Virus record (IMG/VR): IMGVR_UViG_3300027782_003601
Location: 32,001-96,000 of that record
Length of the DNA: 64,000 bases
Origin: a virus
Strand: one strand, 5' to 3'
In this document: piece by piece, positions 1-9,249 of the stretch
How the letters are laid out: each line of letters begins with the position of its first letter
How positions within the stretch are numbered: position 1 is the stretch's first letter
Made by a program: the position numbers and the translations under genes
Notes under the pieces: generated by a model
What the model saw: the letters and a program-made list of their open reading frames with translations, nothing else
What the model was told of the DNA's origin: nothing
Database searches by the model: none

Positions 1-1
1 T

Positions 2-244
2 TTGTATGAGTACGCGGAGAATGGTAAGACCGATAATGGTACTGAGTTAGAGTTCAATTCTAAGTATGTTTCATTCAACGGAAAAGCACCTTTCGGTACT
101 TGGCCAGAGGCATTACGTTCCTTAAAGGGTATGTTAGCGGGTGAGTATGTGTGGGGAGTGTTGACTGTTGAGAAAGCAATAGAGAAGTTAAAAGGTTACT
201 CTTATACAGAGGCAACTATTGAGAAAGCATTACAATATATCTAA
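2..244 (+). CDS. hypothetical protein (5'-truncated)
   Basis: Open frame running from the window edge; no recognisable motif. Confidence 0.6.
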   Translation: MYEYAENGKTDNGTELEFNSKYVSFNGKAPFGTWPEALRSLKGMLAGEYVWGVLTVEKAIEKLKGYSYTEATIEKALQYI

Positions 245-255
245 ACAATAAAATT

Positions 256-381
256 ATGATAGCAAGAGAATTCGGAGTAATGGATTATGTAGTAGGTATT
301 TTTCACCTAACAGTTTTAGTTGGGTTATTTTTGATTGGATTAGCTATGATTTACAGAGGCATTAAAAATCAGAAAATATGA
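256..381 (+). CDS. small membrane protein (41 aa, not in ORF track)
   Basis: MIAREFGVMDYVVGIFHLTVLVGLFLIGLAMIYRG...; one TM segment; ATGA overlap with next gene. Confidence 0.55.
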   Translation: MIAREFGVMDYVVGIFHLTVLVGLFLIGLAMIYRGIKNQKI

Positions 382-560
382 AATGGTTTTATAGTGAGAT
401 GGGTAGTAAAAACAAAAAGACAGGTACTTACAAATACTATAAAGTATCAGTTGAAGATTGGAAAATTGTAGGGTGTAACTGCGAAGCAAGAGATTTTCGC
501 AGATATACACCTTGCAAACATATGATTTCAATACATAACAAATTAGGACACAGTTTATAA
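378..560 (+). CDS. SWIM-type zinc finger protein
   Basis: CNCEARDFRRYTPCKHM = CxC...CxH SWIM signature. Confidence 0.7.
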   Translation: MKWFYSEMGSKNKKTGTYKYYKVSVEDWKIVGCNCEARDFRRYTPCKHMISIHNKLGHSL

Positions 561-568
561 ATAATAAT

Positions 569-904
569 ATGGTAATATACAATCCAGATGCAGAATTGAC
601 CGAAACTGAGTTAAATGCATTAGATGAAAAAGATTTTTTTCAATATTTAGATTCAAAGGCAAAGTATTTAAAACAGTTTACTCGTCCATTGGATACTTAT
701 CATGCTAAAACGTTTGCAGCACTTGCCAATGGTGGAAATCTATCAACGGAAGAACTACAAACTGCAAAGGAAATTGGTAGAATTGGCGATGAAGCCAAAC
801 ATAACGCAATTGCGGAAGCAACTGAAAAATTAGGTGGAGACCCTAAATATAAAGATGAAGGAATTAAAAATGTAAAGACCCACCGTTCGCAGTGGTTTGA
901 TTAA
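569..904 (+). CDS. hypothetical protein
   Basis: ORF in tight operon spacing. Confidence 0.7.
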   Translation: MVIYNPDAELTETELNALDEKDFFQYLDSKAKYLKQFTRPLDTYHAKTFAALANGGNLSTEELQTAKEIGRIGDEAKHNAIAEATEKLGGDPKYKDEGIKNVKTHRSQWFD

Positions 905-916
905 AACAAAACAATT

Positions 917-1396
917 ATGGCATATAAGAATCAACCAAGTAAAGTAAGTGCAACCCAATGGGGTAAGACTGTGACAATAGAAGTAGACCATTCAGATACA
1001 GATTTATTAGAGTTAATAGATATGTTCAAAGCTTTAGCAGTTGGACTAGACTATAGTGAAAGTAGTTGGAGAAGTGTAATCAAAGAGTTAGGATTAATGT
1101 ATGAGGAGGAAGATACCAATGATTTGAAAGAAAAATTAAATGAGTGGAAAGAAGATGATAATTTCGTAGCTGATTTTCCACCACATAAATCATATGAATA
1201 TAAAATGAGTCCAATTGATAGTTATGTTAGAGGATTGCATGAAGAACAAATTGATGCAGCATTAAGAGAACATAACAAAGATGAAGAATCTATAGAAGAA
1301 TATAATATAGATGAATATGTAGAAGGTACTACCGAAGATAATTATGACGAAGGTGGGAGGCCGATTGAGAAGGACAATTATAAATCAAAAGAATAA
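917..1396 (+). CDS. acidic hypothetical protein
   Basis: ORF with D/E-rich C-terminus. Confidence 0.7.
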   Translation: MAYKNQPSKVSATQWGKTVTIEVDHSDTDLLELIDMFKALAVGLDYSESSWRSVIKELGLMYEEEDTNDLKEKLNEWKEDDNFVADFPPHKSYEYKMSPIDSYVRGLHEEQIDAALREHNKDEESIEEYNIDEYVEGTTEDNYDEGGRPIEKDNYKSKE

Positions 1397-1399
1397 TAG

Positions 1400-1645
1400 A
1401 TGGTAATTCTAATTGATACTAACGAATTAACGGAGGAGTTTGTAGAAAGTTGGAAAATGGAGTTCATTAGAGACCTACATATAGATTATGCAACCAATTG
1501 TATTCATGCTTGGTTTGAAGGTAAGGAAGTGATATTATACCGATTTAAAGAATATGGTTGGATAAATGATAATAGGCAAAACACCTATGATATATCAGTA
1601 GGTAAAGCAGGTATTACTATTAAAATAACAAAAAATGAGTTATAA
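1400..1645 (+). CDS. hypothetical protein
   Basis: ORF overlapping next gene. Confidence 0.65.
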   Translation: MVILIDTNELTEEFVESWKMEFIRDLHIDYATNCIHAWFEGKEVILYRFKEYGWINDNRQNTYDISVGKAGITIKITKNEL

Positions 1646-2126
1646 TCGTTACAGATGGTTTACAAAAGGTAGACCCAATAAACCTTTAAAGGAAGATGCT
1701 CCTTTACTATTAAAAATACGAAATGGTGACTTTGCTTATTCTTATATGTTTGGTGAAGCTAGGGATGTTAAAGAAAGTGCCAAGAAAGCTAGTGAGATGG
1801 CTTATAAAAATTATGGGGGCACGAATCTCAAAAATCGTAATGAGGTTGCTATGGAAGCGGGTAGAATGAAACGAATAAAGGCAATCAAATTAGAATTAGA
1901 AGCATTTGCCAATGAGAATAGAATCCTATGGAAATTGCAAGGAGATTTAAAAAAAGAATTTGGTAAAGACCTATGGGATAAAGCAATGGAACTTAAAAGA
2001 GGTTTCAAAACTATAGAGGATTTATATTGGTGGTATAAAAAAAGAGTTAAAGAAGTAACTACCAAATCCGAAATGGATATTCAGTTAAAAAGAGCAAACA
2101 CAAAAGGACTACAGCATTTAATATAA
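1635..2126 (+). CDS. basic hypothetical protein
   Basis: ORF; TAATG coupling to next gene. Confidence 0.7.
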   Translation: MSYNRYRWFTKGRPNKPLKEDAPLLLKIRNGDFAYSYMFGEARDVKESAKKASEMAYKNYGGTNLKNRNEVAMEAGRMKRIKAIKLELEAFANENRILWKLQGDLKKEFGKDLWDKAMELKRGFKTIEDLYWWYKKRVKEVTTKSEMDIQLKRANTKGLQHLI

Positions 2127-2494
2127 TGAAAGAAGAACCAATTTTACTACACATTGATTTGGGAAACCAATCTTTATCAAATTGGTTACGTGAAAACAAA
2201 TACATTATATTTTCAGAGCTGGTTAGATATTCCGAAAAATTAATTAAATTGGGTTTAGAATCTATTCAAGCAATAATGGTTTCTAATTTATCAGACAATG
2301 TTGTTTTTATTATTCAAAGAAAAGATTTACAAATTACATTAGATAAAGCAATGGATTATTTTCTTTCTATGGAAGAATATGAAAAATGTGCTGAAATTCG
2401 TAATTTGTATATACTTATTGAAAACTTGAAAAATGAAACAGAGAATATTGAAATTAGTAAGCCAAATAAAAGACAATCTAAAAGAAGTAGATAA
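2126..2494 (+). CDS. protein with UvrB/UvrC (UVR)-like coiled-coil motif
   Basis: LDKAMDYFLSMEEYEKCAEIRNL resembles the UVR motif EeYEkAAxIRD. Confidence 0.55.
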   Translation: MKEEPILLHIDLGNQSLSNWLRENKYIIFSELVRYSEKLIKLGLESIQAIMVSNLSDNVVFIIQRKDLQITLDKAMDYFLSMEEYEKCAEIRNLYILIENLKNETENIEISKPNKRQSKRSR

Positions 2495-2618
2495 TGATGG
2501 TGTTTATCACCCATTGTTGGATGATGTTTACGATTCGTTGGAACTTATAGAAACGGAAATTTACGATGATGATGATTTGGCATTAGACCCATTCGCATCT
2601 TTAGATGATGATTATTGA
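2433..2618 (+). CDS. small acidic hypothetical protein
   Basis: ORF with D-rich tail. Confidence 0.55.
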   Translation: MKQRILKLVSQIKDNLKEVDNDGVYHPLLDDVYDSLELIETEIYDDDDLALDPFASLDDDY

Positions 2619-2836
2619 TGAGAAATTTACAGTTAATTAATGTTGCAGACGAACTTTATGAAGTTGTTAGGAGATTTCCATACACAAAATTCAAAGTTCA
2701 ATTGGATGGTGAAAATACTGAAATATTAAAATCACATTATGGTGTTGATAAGATATTGAGACATCACCCAACACAGGAGTATTTCTTTGTAAATCTAATA
2801 GAAGATGCAAAGGTAGAATATTATGAATCAAACTAA
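2615..2836 (+). CDS. hypothetical protein
   Basis: ORF. Confidence 0.6.
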   Translation: MMRNLQLINVADELYEVVRRFPYTKFKVQLDGENTEILKSHYGVDKILRHHPTQEYFFVNLIEDAKVEYYESN

Positions 2837-2847
2837 ATCAAATATAA

Positions 2848-2952
2848 ATGGCACTTACTAAAAAGGAACAAAAAAAAGAGCATTACAAACAGATTGTAAA
2901 AAAAACTATCAAAGAACAACAGAAAGTTGGAATTTACAAAAAGAAATCATAG
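2848..2952 (+). CDS. small Lys-rich peptide (34 aa, not in ORF track)
   Basis: MALTKKEQKKEHYKQIVKKTIKEQQKVGIYKKKS; ends immediately before a terminator. Confidence 0.5.
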   Translation: MALTKKEQKKEHYKQIVKKTIKEQQKVGIYKKKS

Positions 2953-2953
2953 T

Positions 2954-2984
2954 AAAAGGGAAACGGAAAAGTTTCCCTTTTTTT
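2954..2984 (+). terminator. intrinsic terminator
   Basis: AAAAGGGAAAC-ggaaaa-GTTTCCCTTTT followed by T run. Confidence 0.8.
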
Positions 2985-2985
2985 A

Positions 2986-3017
2986 TTTGGATATGTGGAA
3001 AATATTTTGTATATTTG
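2986..3017 (+). promoter_or_regulatory. Bacteroidota-type housekeeping promoter
   Basis: TTTG-N20-TATATTTG. Confidence 0.75.
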
Positions 3018-3040
3018 TGAAACATTTAAAATTTAAAACT

Positions 3041-3430
3041 ATGGATACGAACATAAAATTAAAAATTACATTAGGTACAATACTAATAGTTGGAATAATG
3101 GGTATGGTTTATGGATTGAGTATTAAGGATGAAGATAAACCAATCGTTGCAATGGGTAGACAAAACTATGAGATTCAAACTCATACAATAGATTCATTGG
3201 CTAGAGTAGTTGATAGTTTACAAATAGAGATAGTTTCATTAGAAGATGGTTTTGATTATAAGGAACACCGTTATGATGATGTTATATTTCAATATGAATT
3301 GGGTTTATCTTATCTTAAAGATTACCATCAAAACGCATATAGAGATTTTCATAGATTCCTTGCTCATAAAGAAAGATATTCAAAGAAAGACGAAAGAGAA
3401 AATAATAAACTATTAAGTATTAAAGAATAG
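3041..3430 (+). CDS. membrane-anchored coiled-coil protein (start revised from 2927)
   Basis: ATG 3041 follows terminator and promoter; N-terminal TM helix. Confidence 0.7.
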   Translation: MDTNIKLKITLGTILIVGIMGMVYGLSIKDEDKPIVAMGRQNYEIQTHTIDSLARVVDSLQIEIVSLEDGFDYKEHRYDDVIFQYELGLSYLKDYHQNAYRDFHRFLAHKERYSKKDERENNKLLSIKE

Positions 3431-3432
3431 TT

Positions 3433-3816
3433 ATGAAACCAATCCACAAATTTAACGGAGGTAGAGGAGCAACCCTATGTAATGAATGTAGTAAAATCAT
3501 TACCGAAGGTATGACAGATGATTTGTATTGTGAAGAGCATGGTGGGAGAAAGATGCATAAATACACTCTTATCAGAGAAAGAGATGGTTTAACTATTGAT
3601 GCAAACAAAATAGCATGGATAGAGTTTAGTGCTAATGGTGTGGGTAAAGCAATGCATGAAGACCCTGCAATAGATAGGAGTTTGATGTTAGAACCAAGCA
3701 TTAGTTATAAATGGATGACAACTACCATAACTGAAATTGTAGAGCAAAAAGAAGGATATATAAAATTTAAGACATTAAATAGTATTTACGAATTAAAATA
3801 TGAACACAATAGATAA
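3433..3816 (+). CDS. hypothetical protein with N-terminal Zn-binding motif
   Basis: KFNGGRGATLCNECSKII...CEEH. Confidence 0.65.
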   Translation: MKPIHKFNGGRGATLCNECSKIITEGMTDDLYCEEHGGRKMHKYTLIRERDGLTIDANKIAWIEFSANGVGKAMHEDPAIDRSLMLEPSISYKWMTTTITEIVEQKEGYIKFKTLNSIYELKYEHNR

Positions 3817-4885
3817 AAAGTATCAACAATTACTTAGTGATATTATTGAATTTGGTGTAGAAAAACAGGATAGAACCGGAACAGGTACTATATCAGAGTT
3901 TGGGCATCAGATAAGACATAAGATGAGTGAGGGGTTTCCATTACTCACTACAAAGAAGATGCATTGGAAATCAATCGTTACAGAACTCCTATGGTTTCTA
4001 CGTGGAGATACTAACATCAAATTCCTATTGGATTACGATTGCCACATTTGGGATGGTGATGCTTATAAGAACTATCTAAATCATACGCAAGATGAAGCAT
4101 CTTATACAAAAGAACAATTTATCAATTTAATTAAAACAGATAAAGATTGGGCAAATGTATGGGGTGATTTAGGACCAATCTATGGTAAGCAGTGGAGACA
4201 GTGGCAAGGGTGGATGGATATGAATGGTAATGAGAAAGGTTCATTGTGGTATGACCAAATACTACGATTGGTACATGACTTAAAAACCAATGCAGATAGT
4301 AGAAGATTAATGGTATCTGCTTGGAATGTAGCAGAGTTAGACCAAATGGTTTTACCACCTTGCCACTATGGATTTCAAGTTTATACAAGAGAGTTAAGTG
4401 AACAAGAACGGATGGATTCATATAACAAATCAAATTGGAACAAAGATATATTCCCAAGTGATGTGAGTGGATGGAATAGACTACTTGATACTTATAATAT
4501 CCCAACACGTGCAATCTCTTTAATGTGGAATCAACGTAGTTGTGATACATTTTTGGGATTACCTTTTAACATAGCATCTTATGCATTACTATTAGAGATT
4601 ATTGCGAAAGAAGTAAATATGGTGCCGGAAGATTTGATTGGTAATTTGGGAGATGTGCATTTATATAAAAACCACATTGAACAAGCCAAAGAGCAGATTG
4701 AAAGAGAACCATATAGTTTACCAACAATTCAAATCACCGAAAGAAATTGGTATCAGCACGAAAAAGTAAAAGAACAATTAGGACCAAAAACATTTAGAGA
4801 TATAATACTATCTTACAGACCAGATTGTTTTGAACTAATAGGTTATGAATCACATCCAAAAATTAAAGCACCTTTATCAAATTAA
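3800..4885 (+). CDS. thyA: thymidylate synthase
   Basis: DRTGTGT, ELLWFLRG, LGPIYGKQWR, LPPCH, QRSCD.FLGLPFN, GDVHLY. Confidence 0.97.
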   Translation: MNTIDKKYQQLLSDIIEFGVEKQDRTGTGTISEFGHQIRHKMSEGFPLLTTKKMHWKSIVTELLWFLRGDTNIKFLLDYDCHIWDGDAYKNYLNHTQDEASYTKEQFINLIKTDKDWANVWGDLGPIYGKQWRQWQGWMDMNGNEKGSLWYDQILRLVHDLKTNADSRRLMVSAWNVAELDQMVLPPCHYGFQVYTRELSEQERMDSYNKSNWNKDIFPSDVSGWNRLLDTYNIPTRAISLMWNQRSCDTFLGLPFNIASYALLLEIIAKEVNMVPEDLIGNLGDVHLYKNHIEQAKEQIEREPYSLPTIQITERNWYQHEKVKEQLGPKTFRDIILSYRPDCFELIGYESHPKIKAPLSN

Positions 4886-4986
4886 TATGAACGAAATAAA
4901 AACACCATTAAAATTATTTATAGTCGGATTCGCTTTATGCTTTTTGGTATTGAAGTGCGCAACTATGTAATGTAAACAAAATTAAA

Positions 4987-5610
4987 ATGAGAAAACTAAT
5001 AACTTTATTACTTATGCTATCGGGAGTGTTAGCATATGGCCAGAACCTGACATTCAAATCTTATAAGAATGGACAAATAATCGCAACTAAAACTATTCCA
5101 TATCCTACAAAAGTTGTAACAAAAGTAGTTTATAAGTATGTACCTTTTGCAAAAATTAAGAAAGTAAATGTACCTGTCCCAAAGATAGAATATAAATTGG
5201 TTGAAGTTCCAACAAAACCAACGGCATTGGATACGGTATCAATCTTACAACAATACTATCCAAAGAATGAATTCAAAGATGTATTGGTATTACCAGATGG
5301 ACAAGGTAGAATATCTATTACAGATAGTATTTCACACAATCGTTTGGCAAGTAGAAAGTGGTTGGCGGATATTAATCCAAAAGTAGTTAGAGAGACAGTT
5401 GAAGTACCCTCTCCACCCATTAGAGAATATTACATAGGACCAGAAGGTAGTACAAACTTTAGTTCGGTAAATAATTGGTATAGTTTATCTTTATTAGTTA
5501 AAAACAAATCAAATCATATAATCAGATTTAGTGGTGGTATTAATATGAGAGATGGTATTGATGGACCAAAACCATATTTTGCAGCAGGATTTTACTTTAA
5601 GTTTAAATAA
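4987..5610 (+). CDS. secreted/envelope protein
   Basis: Signal peptide; C-terminal aromatic beta-strand PYFAAGFYFKFK. Confidence 0.6.
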   Translation: MRKLITLLLMLSGVLAYGQNLTFKSYKNGQIIATKTIPYPTKVVTKVVYKYVPFAKIKKVNVPVPKIEYKLVEVPTKPTALDTVSILQQYYPKNEFKDVLVLPDGQGRISITDSISHNRLASRKWLADINPKVVRETVEVPSPPIREYYIGPEGSTNFSSVNNWYSLSLLVKNKSNHIIRFSGGINMRDGIDGPKPYFAAGFYFKFK

Positions 5611-5892
5611 ATGAAAAAAATAGTAGTATTACTAATGTTATTGGGAGTAATGACATCAGCAGAAGCAAGACCAAATAGGTATCGTATTATGATTAAACAA
5701 ATTGAGGGAGTATTATATTATATTCCACAAGAAAGAAAAAAAATTGAAGGATTGCCAATTCCACAATGGGTAGATATTTCCAATCAACCACTAAAAAGTG
5801 AAAATGAGGCAAGGAACTATGTGAGAGAAGCACAAATTATTGAAAGTCAAATTAGACAATCAAACATCATTCAATATATTAACGTAAAATGA
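5611..5892 (+). CDS. secreted hypothetical protein
   Basis: Signal peptide MKKIVVLLMLLGVMTSAEA. Confidence 0.6.
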   Translation: MKKIVVLLMLLGVMTSAEARPNRYRIMIKQIEGVLYYIPQERKKIEGLPIPQWVDISNQPLKSENEARNYVREAQIIESQIRQSNIIQYINVK

Positions 5893-6083
5893 AATATATA
5901 AAAAGCATATTACTAATTGCAATCGGAGTATTGTTATTAGATTCGTGTATAGTAATCACCGGAAGACCACCAATTGGTAGAAGAGGTTTTTTTTTACATC
6001 CGCAAAGAGGATATAGAAAATTACCAAACTATCACCCAAATCCTCGTCAATTTTATAATCCAATACCACCTAATAAAAGATAA
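5889..6083 (+). CDS. putative Pro/Arg-rich lipoprotein
   Basis: Lipobox-like LLLDSC. Confidence 0.5.
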   Translation: MKYIKSILLIAIGVLLLDSCIVITGRPPIGRRGFFLHPQRGYRKLPNYHPNPRQFYNPIPPNKR

Positions 6084-6256
6084 TTAAAATGATTAAGTTT
6101 AAAAACACAGATTACCGATTGTTGGTACTACCTGAATTTGAACTTTGGTATGTAAAGGATTTTTTTATAAATGAGAAACAGACCAGACCATGTTTAGGAT
6201 TCAATGTTGGTTGGTTATTTTGGGAATTATATGTAATGATTAAATTATAAAAATAA

Positions 6257-6288
6257 TTTGGAATTGTGGGAATAATTTTGTATATTAG
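6257..6288 (+). promoter_or_regulatory. promoter of the apt-nucleosidase-HO-bilin reductase operon
   Basis: TTTG-N20-TATATTAG. Confidence 0.65.
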
Positions 6289-6321
6289 ACTTACAATTAA
6301 TTAAAATCTAAAAATAAAGTT

Positions 6322-6558
6322 ATGGAAAAGACATTAAGAGTTAAGTATAGTGATTTTCAAACAAAATTATCATTTAATGAGTGGGCAAAGTTATTGCAAG
6401 TATCAACATTGGCAGAATACGAATTTGAACCTTATTATAAAAAGTTGGATAGTTATAATGAGGAAGAAAAACGTAAAATGATTAGTTCAGTATACAAAAT
6501 GGAAACACCAAAAAAATCTTTATCATCACAAAAACAAACTCACAAATATGCCGTATAA
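6322..6558 (+). CDS. hypothetical protein
   Basis: ORF directly after promoter. Confidence 0.6.
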   Translation: MEKTLRVKYSDFQTKLSFNEWAKLLQVSTLAEYEFEPYYKKLDSYNEEEKRKMISSVYKMETPKKSLSSQKQTHKYAV

Positions 6559-7054
6559 ACAACACATTATAGATGTGCCTAATTGGCCAGCAGAAGGTGT
6601 TCTATTTAAAGACATCACCCCATTACTTGCAGAACCGGCAGCATTCAACTTTGCTTTAGATGATTTATCAATTATGGTTGAAGAATTGCAATTCAATTGT
6701 ATTGCAGGTATTGAAAGTAGAGGTTTCATCTTTGGTGCAGGATTATCCGCTCTGAATGGATGTGGGTTCATTCCTGTCCGTAAAGAAGGTAAATTACCAC
6801 CACCAATTGAATACATAGATTCCACTAAAGAATATGGTAATGAGGTATTGGAGGTAAAAGCAGGAACTGGTGATGTTTTGATTGTAGATGATGTATTGGC
6901 AACTGGCGGAACTTTAAGAGCAACCGAACAATTACTAACTGAAGCAGGTTACAATGTAGTAGGAGCAATTGTATTGATTGAACTAACCTATTTGCATGAT
7001 GAAATCTTAATTGGTGGGCAACCTGTATTATCTTTAATTAAATACGATGAGTAA
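6548..7054 (+). CDS. apt: adenine phosphoribosyltransferase
   Basis: PNWPAEGVLFKDITPLL, GIESRGFIFG, VRKEGKLP, PRPP motif VLIVDDVLATGGT. Confidence 0.95.
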   Translation: MPYKQHIIDVPNWPAEGVLFKDITPLLAEPAAFNFALDDLSIMVEELQFNCIAGIESRGFIFGAGLSALNGCGFIPVRKEGKLPPPIEYIDSTKEYGNEVLEVKAGTGDVLIVDDVLATGGTLRATEQLLTEAGYNVVGAIVLIELTYLHDEILIGGQPVLSLIKYDE

Positions 7055-7598
7055 ACATATTATATTATTCGTAGCATTAGAATCCGAACTACCAAAGGAA
7101 TTAGTACCACCAAATGTGAGTGTGTATTATACAGGTGTGGGTAAGGTAAATGCTGCAATCAAAGCAACGGAGGTTTTATCTGGTTTGTTGTATGATTTTA
7201 ATCTAACCGTACTAAACTATGGTTCGGCAGGTTCAAATACAATACCAAAAGGAACATTAGCAGATTGTAGGTATTTCATTCAGCAAGATATGATTACTCC
7301 ATTTGGTAAAACGCATGAAACTCCATTTGATTCTGAAATATATACTGAAATAAAAGAACCAACAATTGAATTTGGTAGTGGGTATGTGTGTAGAACGCAG
7401 GATAAGTTTGAAGATAATCCACAAGGTATCTTTGATATGGAAGCATATTCAATTGCAAAGGTATGTAAGATTTATGGATTTGATTTCAGAGCATATAAAT
7501 ACATTAGTGATGCAGGTGATTCGGATGAATGGAAGGAAAATCATTCAAAAGGAGCAAGTTTGTTTTTAGAACAACTTAAAAAAATACAAAATGGATAG
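7047..7598 (+). CDS. MTA/SAH-type nucleosidase (PNP/UDP superfamily)
   Basis: ALESE, TGVGKVNAA, NYGSAG, DMEAYSIAKVC, KYISD. Confidence 0.85.
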   Translation: MSKHIILFVALESELPKELVPPNVSVYYTGVGKVNAAIKATEVLSGLLYDFNLTVLNYGSAGSNTIPKGTLADCRYFIQQDMITPFGKTHETPFDSEIYTEIKEPTIEFGSGYVCRTQDKFEDNPQGIFDMEAYSIAKVCKIYGFDFRAYKYISDAGDSDEWKENHSKGASLFLEQLKKIQNG

Positions 7599-7842
7599 GA
7601 GAGCTAAAATTGCTGAAGTAAATCCAGATGCTATCCTTTGGGATGATTTAGATGAAGCTATCATTGGTATTGATGTGGATAATATAGCAGTTTATGATAT
7701 ATATAAAATGGAGTTAGAGATTATGAAACTACACGATTGCACATTTGAAGAAGCAGTTGAATGGGTAGATTATAATATCCTATCTGCATATGTAGGTGAG
7801 TGGACACCTAAACATATTTGGTTAATACCTGAAAACAAATAA
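7591..7842 (+). CDS. conserved phage hypothetical protein
   Basis: DEAIIG...AVYD...EEAVEWVDYNILSAYVGEWTP motif common in phages. Confidence 0.65.
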   Translation: MDRRAKIAEVNPDAILWDDLDEAIIGIDVDNIAVYDIYKMELEIMKLHDCTFEEAVEWVDYNILSAYVGEWTPKHIWLIPENK

Positions 7843-7862
7843 ACAATATAATAAAAAATAAT

Positions 7863-8384
7863 ATGGGATTAAGAGAAGCAACGGCTGAACTACATAGTAA
7901 AGCTGAAAAGATGGAGTTCAATCAACGAATGTTTAGAGGTGAGTTATCCACAAAGGAATACTTACATTATTTGATTCAGCAAGCATGTATTTTTGAATCT
8001 ATAGAAGAACATAAATCGGCTGATATAAGTCCGGATTTGGCTAGGTTAACAAAAGTATTTGAGGATATTATGGAATTACAAAAAGAAGTTCCACAAACCC
8101 TACCACAAATCCAAGCAGCCAATGAGTATGGTGCATATTTGGAAGGTTTAAACACAAAGGATTTATATCCTCACATTTATTTAAACTATATGGCATTGAT
8201 GTATGGTGGGCAAATGATGAAATCAAAAGTTCCAGGTAAAGGTAGAATGTATGATTTTGATAATGTACCAGAAGCAATTGCTACGATTAGAGGTATCCAA
8301 AAGGATATATGGGCTGATGAAGTTAACAAAGGATTTAATTTTATTATAAACATATTAGATGAACTACAAAGAAACGCTGGATAG
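7863..8384 (+). CDS. heme oxygenase (biliverdin-producing)
   Basis: LREATAELHSKAE (proximal His) and HIYLNYMALMYGGQMM distal helix. Confidence 0.9.
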   Translation: MGLREATAELHSKAEKMEFNQRMFRGELSTKEYLHYLIQQACIFESIEEHKSADISPDLARLTKVFEDIMELQKEVPQTLPQIQAANEYGAYLEGLNTKDLYPHIYLNYMALMYGGQMMKSKVPGKGRMYDFDNVPEAIATIRGIQKDIWADEVNKGFNFIINILDELQRNAG

Positions 8385-8994
8385 TATAGCAGATAATATT
8401 GAAAACATTATCATTAAACATAATGGTAACGTATTGCCTACCGAAGATTATGGGTGGGTTAATAAACGATATATAAGTGATAAATTTAGATTAGCACATA
8501 TTGAAAGATATAGTGATAAAAATTTAGAGGTATTACATATAACGTGTTTTCCAAACGAAAAGTATTCACATCCTATTTTTGGGTTTGATATTGTATGTAC
8601 TGCCAATAAACCATTAGCTGCATTTATGGATTGGTCACCTGTTAATAATACATTGAGTTATAAGTGTAATTATGATTTTGAAAAAATGTATCCATTACCT
8701 GAATGGGCTAAACTAATATTTTCACCATCTGCATTGGGCATAATACCAAATGATAATGAGTTGGTAAAATTAACTGATATTATACATGACTGTTTTGATA
8801 TGTATATGAAAATATTGGATGGTGCAAAAAAAAGTGAATATCATAGTAAATATATAATAGTAGCTCAAAATCGTTATTGTGAAAACCAACAAAAGAACGA
8901 AAGAACTTATAATGTATTGAAAGCTAAATTAGGTGAGGATAGAGCAAGACAATTTATGGAAACTATATTATTTCCCAAAATAAATTTAAATTAA
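8359..8994 (+). CDS. ferredoxin-dependent bilin reductase, PcyA/PcyX-like
   Basis: RLAHIE, VLHITCFP, PIFGFDIV, AAFMDWSP, LPEWAKLIFS, AQNRYCENQQKNERT, FMETILFP. Confidence 0.9.
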   Translation: MNYKETLDSIADNIENIIIKHNGNVLPTEDYGWVNKRYISDKFRLAHIERYSDKNLEVLHITCFPNEKYSHPIFGFDIVCTANKPLAAFMDWSPVNNTLSYKCNYDFEKMYPLPEWAKLIFSPSALGIIPNDNELVKLTDIIHDCFDMYMKILDGAKKSEYHSKYIIVAQNRYCENQQKNERTYNVLKAKLGEDRARQFMETILFPKINLN

Positions 8995-8996
8995 TT

Positions 8997-9239
8997 ATGA
9001 CAAAAGAAGAAGCAATTTTTATTAAAGATTTAAGAGTGAATGGTGACCATACTTGGAGAACGATACATATAGAGTATCAATTGAAATATGTACCAAAAGA
9101 AGAATGGTATTTTTTACCATCTGTAAAAAAATTAGTATCAGATAAAAGTATGCCAAGTGGTAATCAATTGATGGGTGCTGAACTATGTGGGGAGGCAATG
9201 CATTTATTGGGTGAAACTATAGATGATGGTTGGGATTAA
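8997..9239 (+). CDS. hypothetical protein
   Basis: ORF. Confidence 0.6.
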   Translation: MTKEEAIFIKDLRVNGDHTWRTIHIEYQLKYVPKEEWYFLPSVKKLVSDKSMPSGNQLMGAELCGEAMHLLGETIDDGWD

Positions 9240-9249
9240 ATAAAATATT

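Noticed and set aside
2927-3040. Extended starts from the ORF track (2927, also 22960, 30299, 53415)
   Set aside because: These extensions run through terminator or promoter elements; downstream ATGs fit better
3800-4885. Intron or intein in thyA
   Set aside because: The extra segments are short in-frame loops with no splicing motifs
7863-8994. Calling the genome a cyanophage because of HO/pcyA
   Set aside because: No psbA/hli/cpeT-type genes in the window; promoter geometry and lack of SD sites fit Bacteroidota better, though the host is not proven
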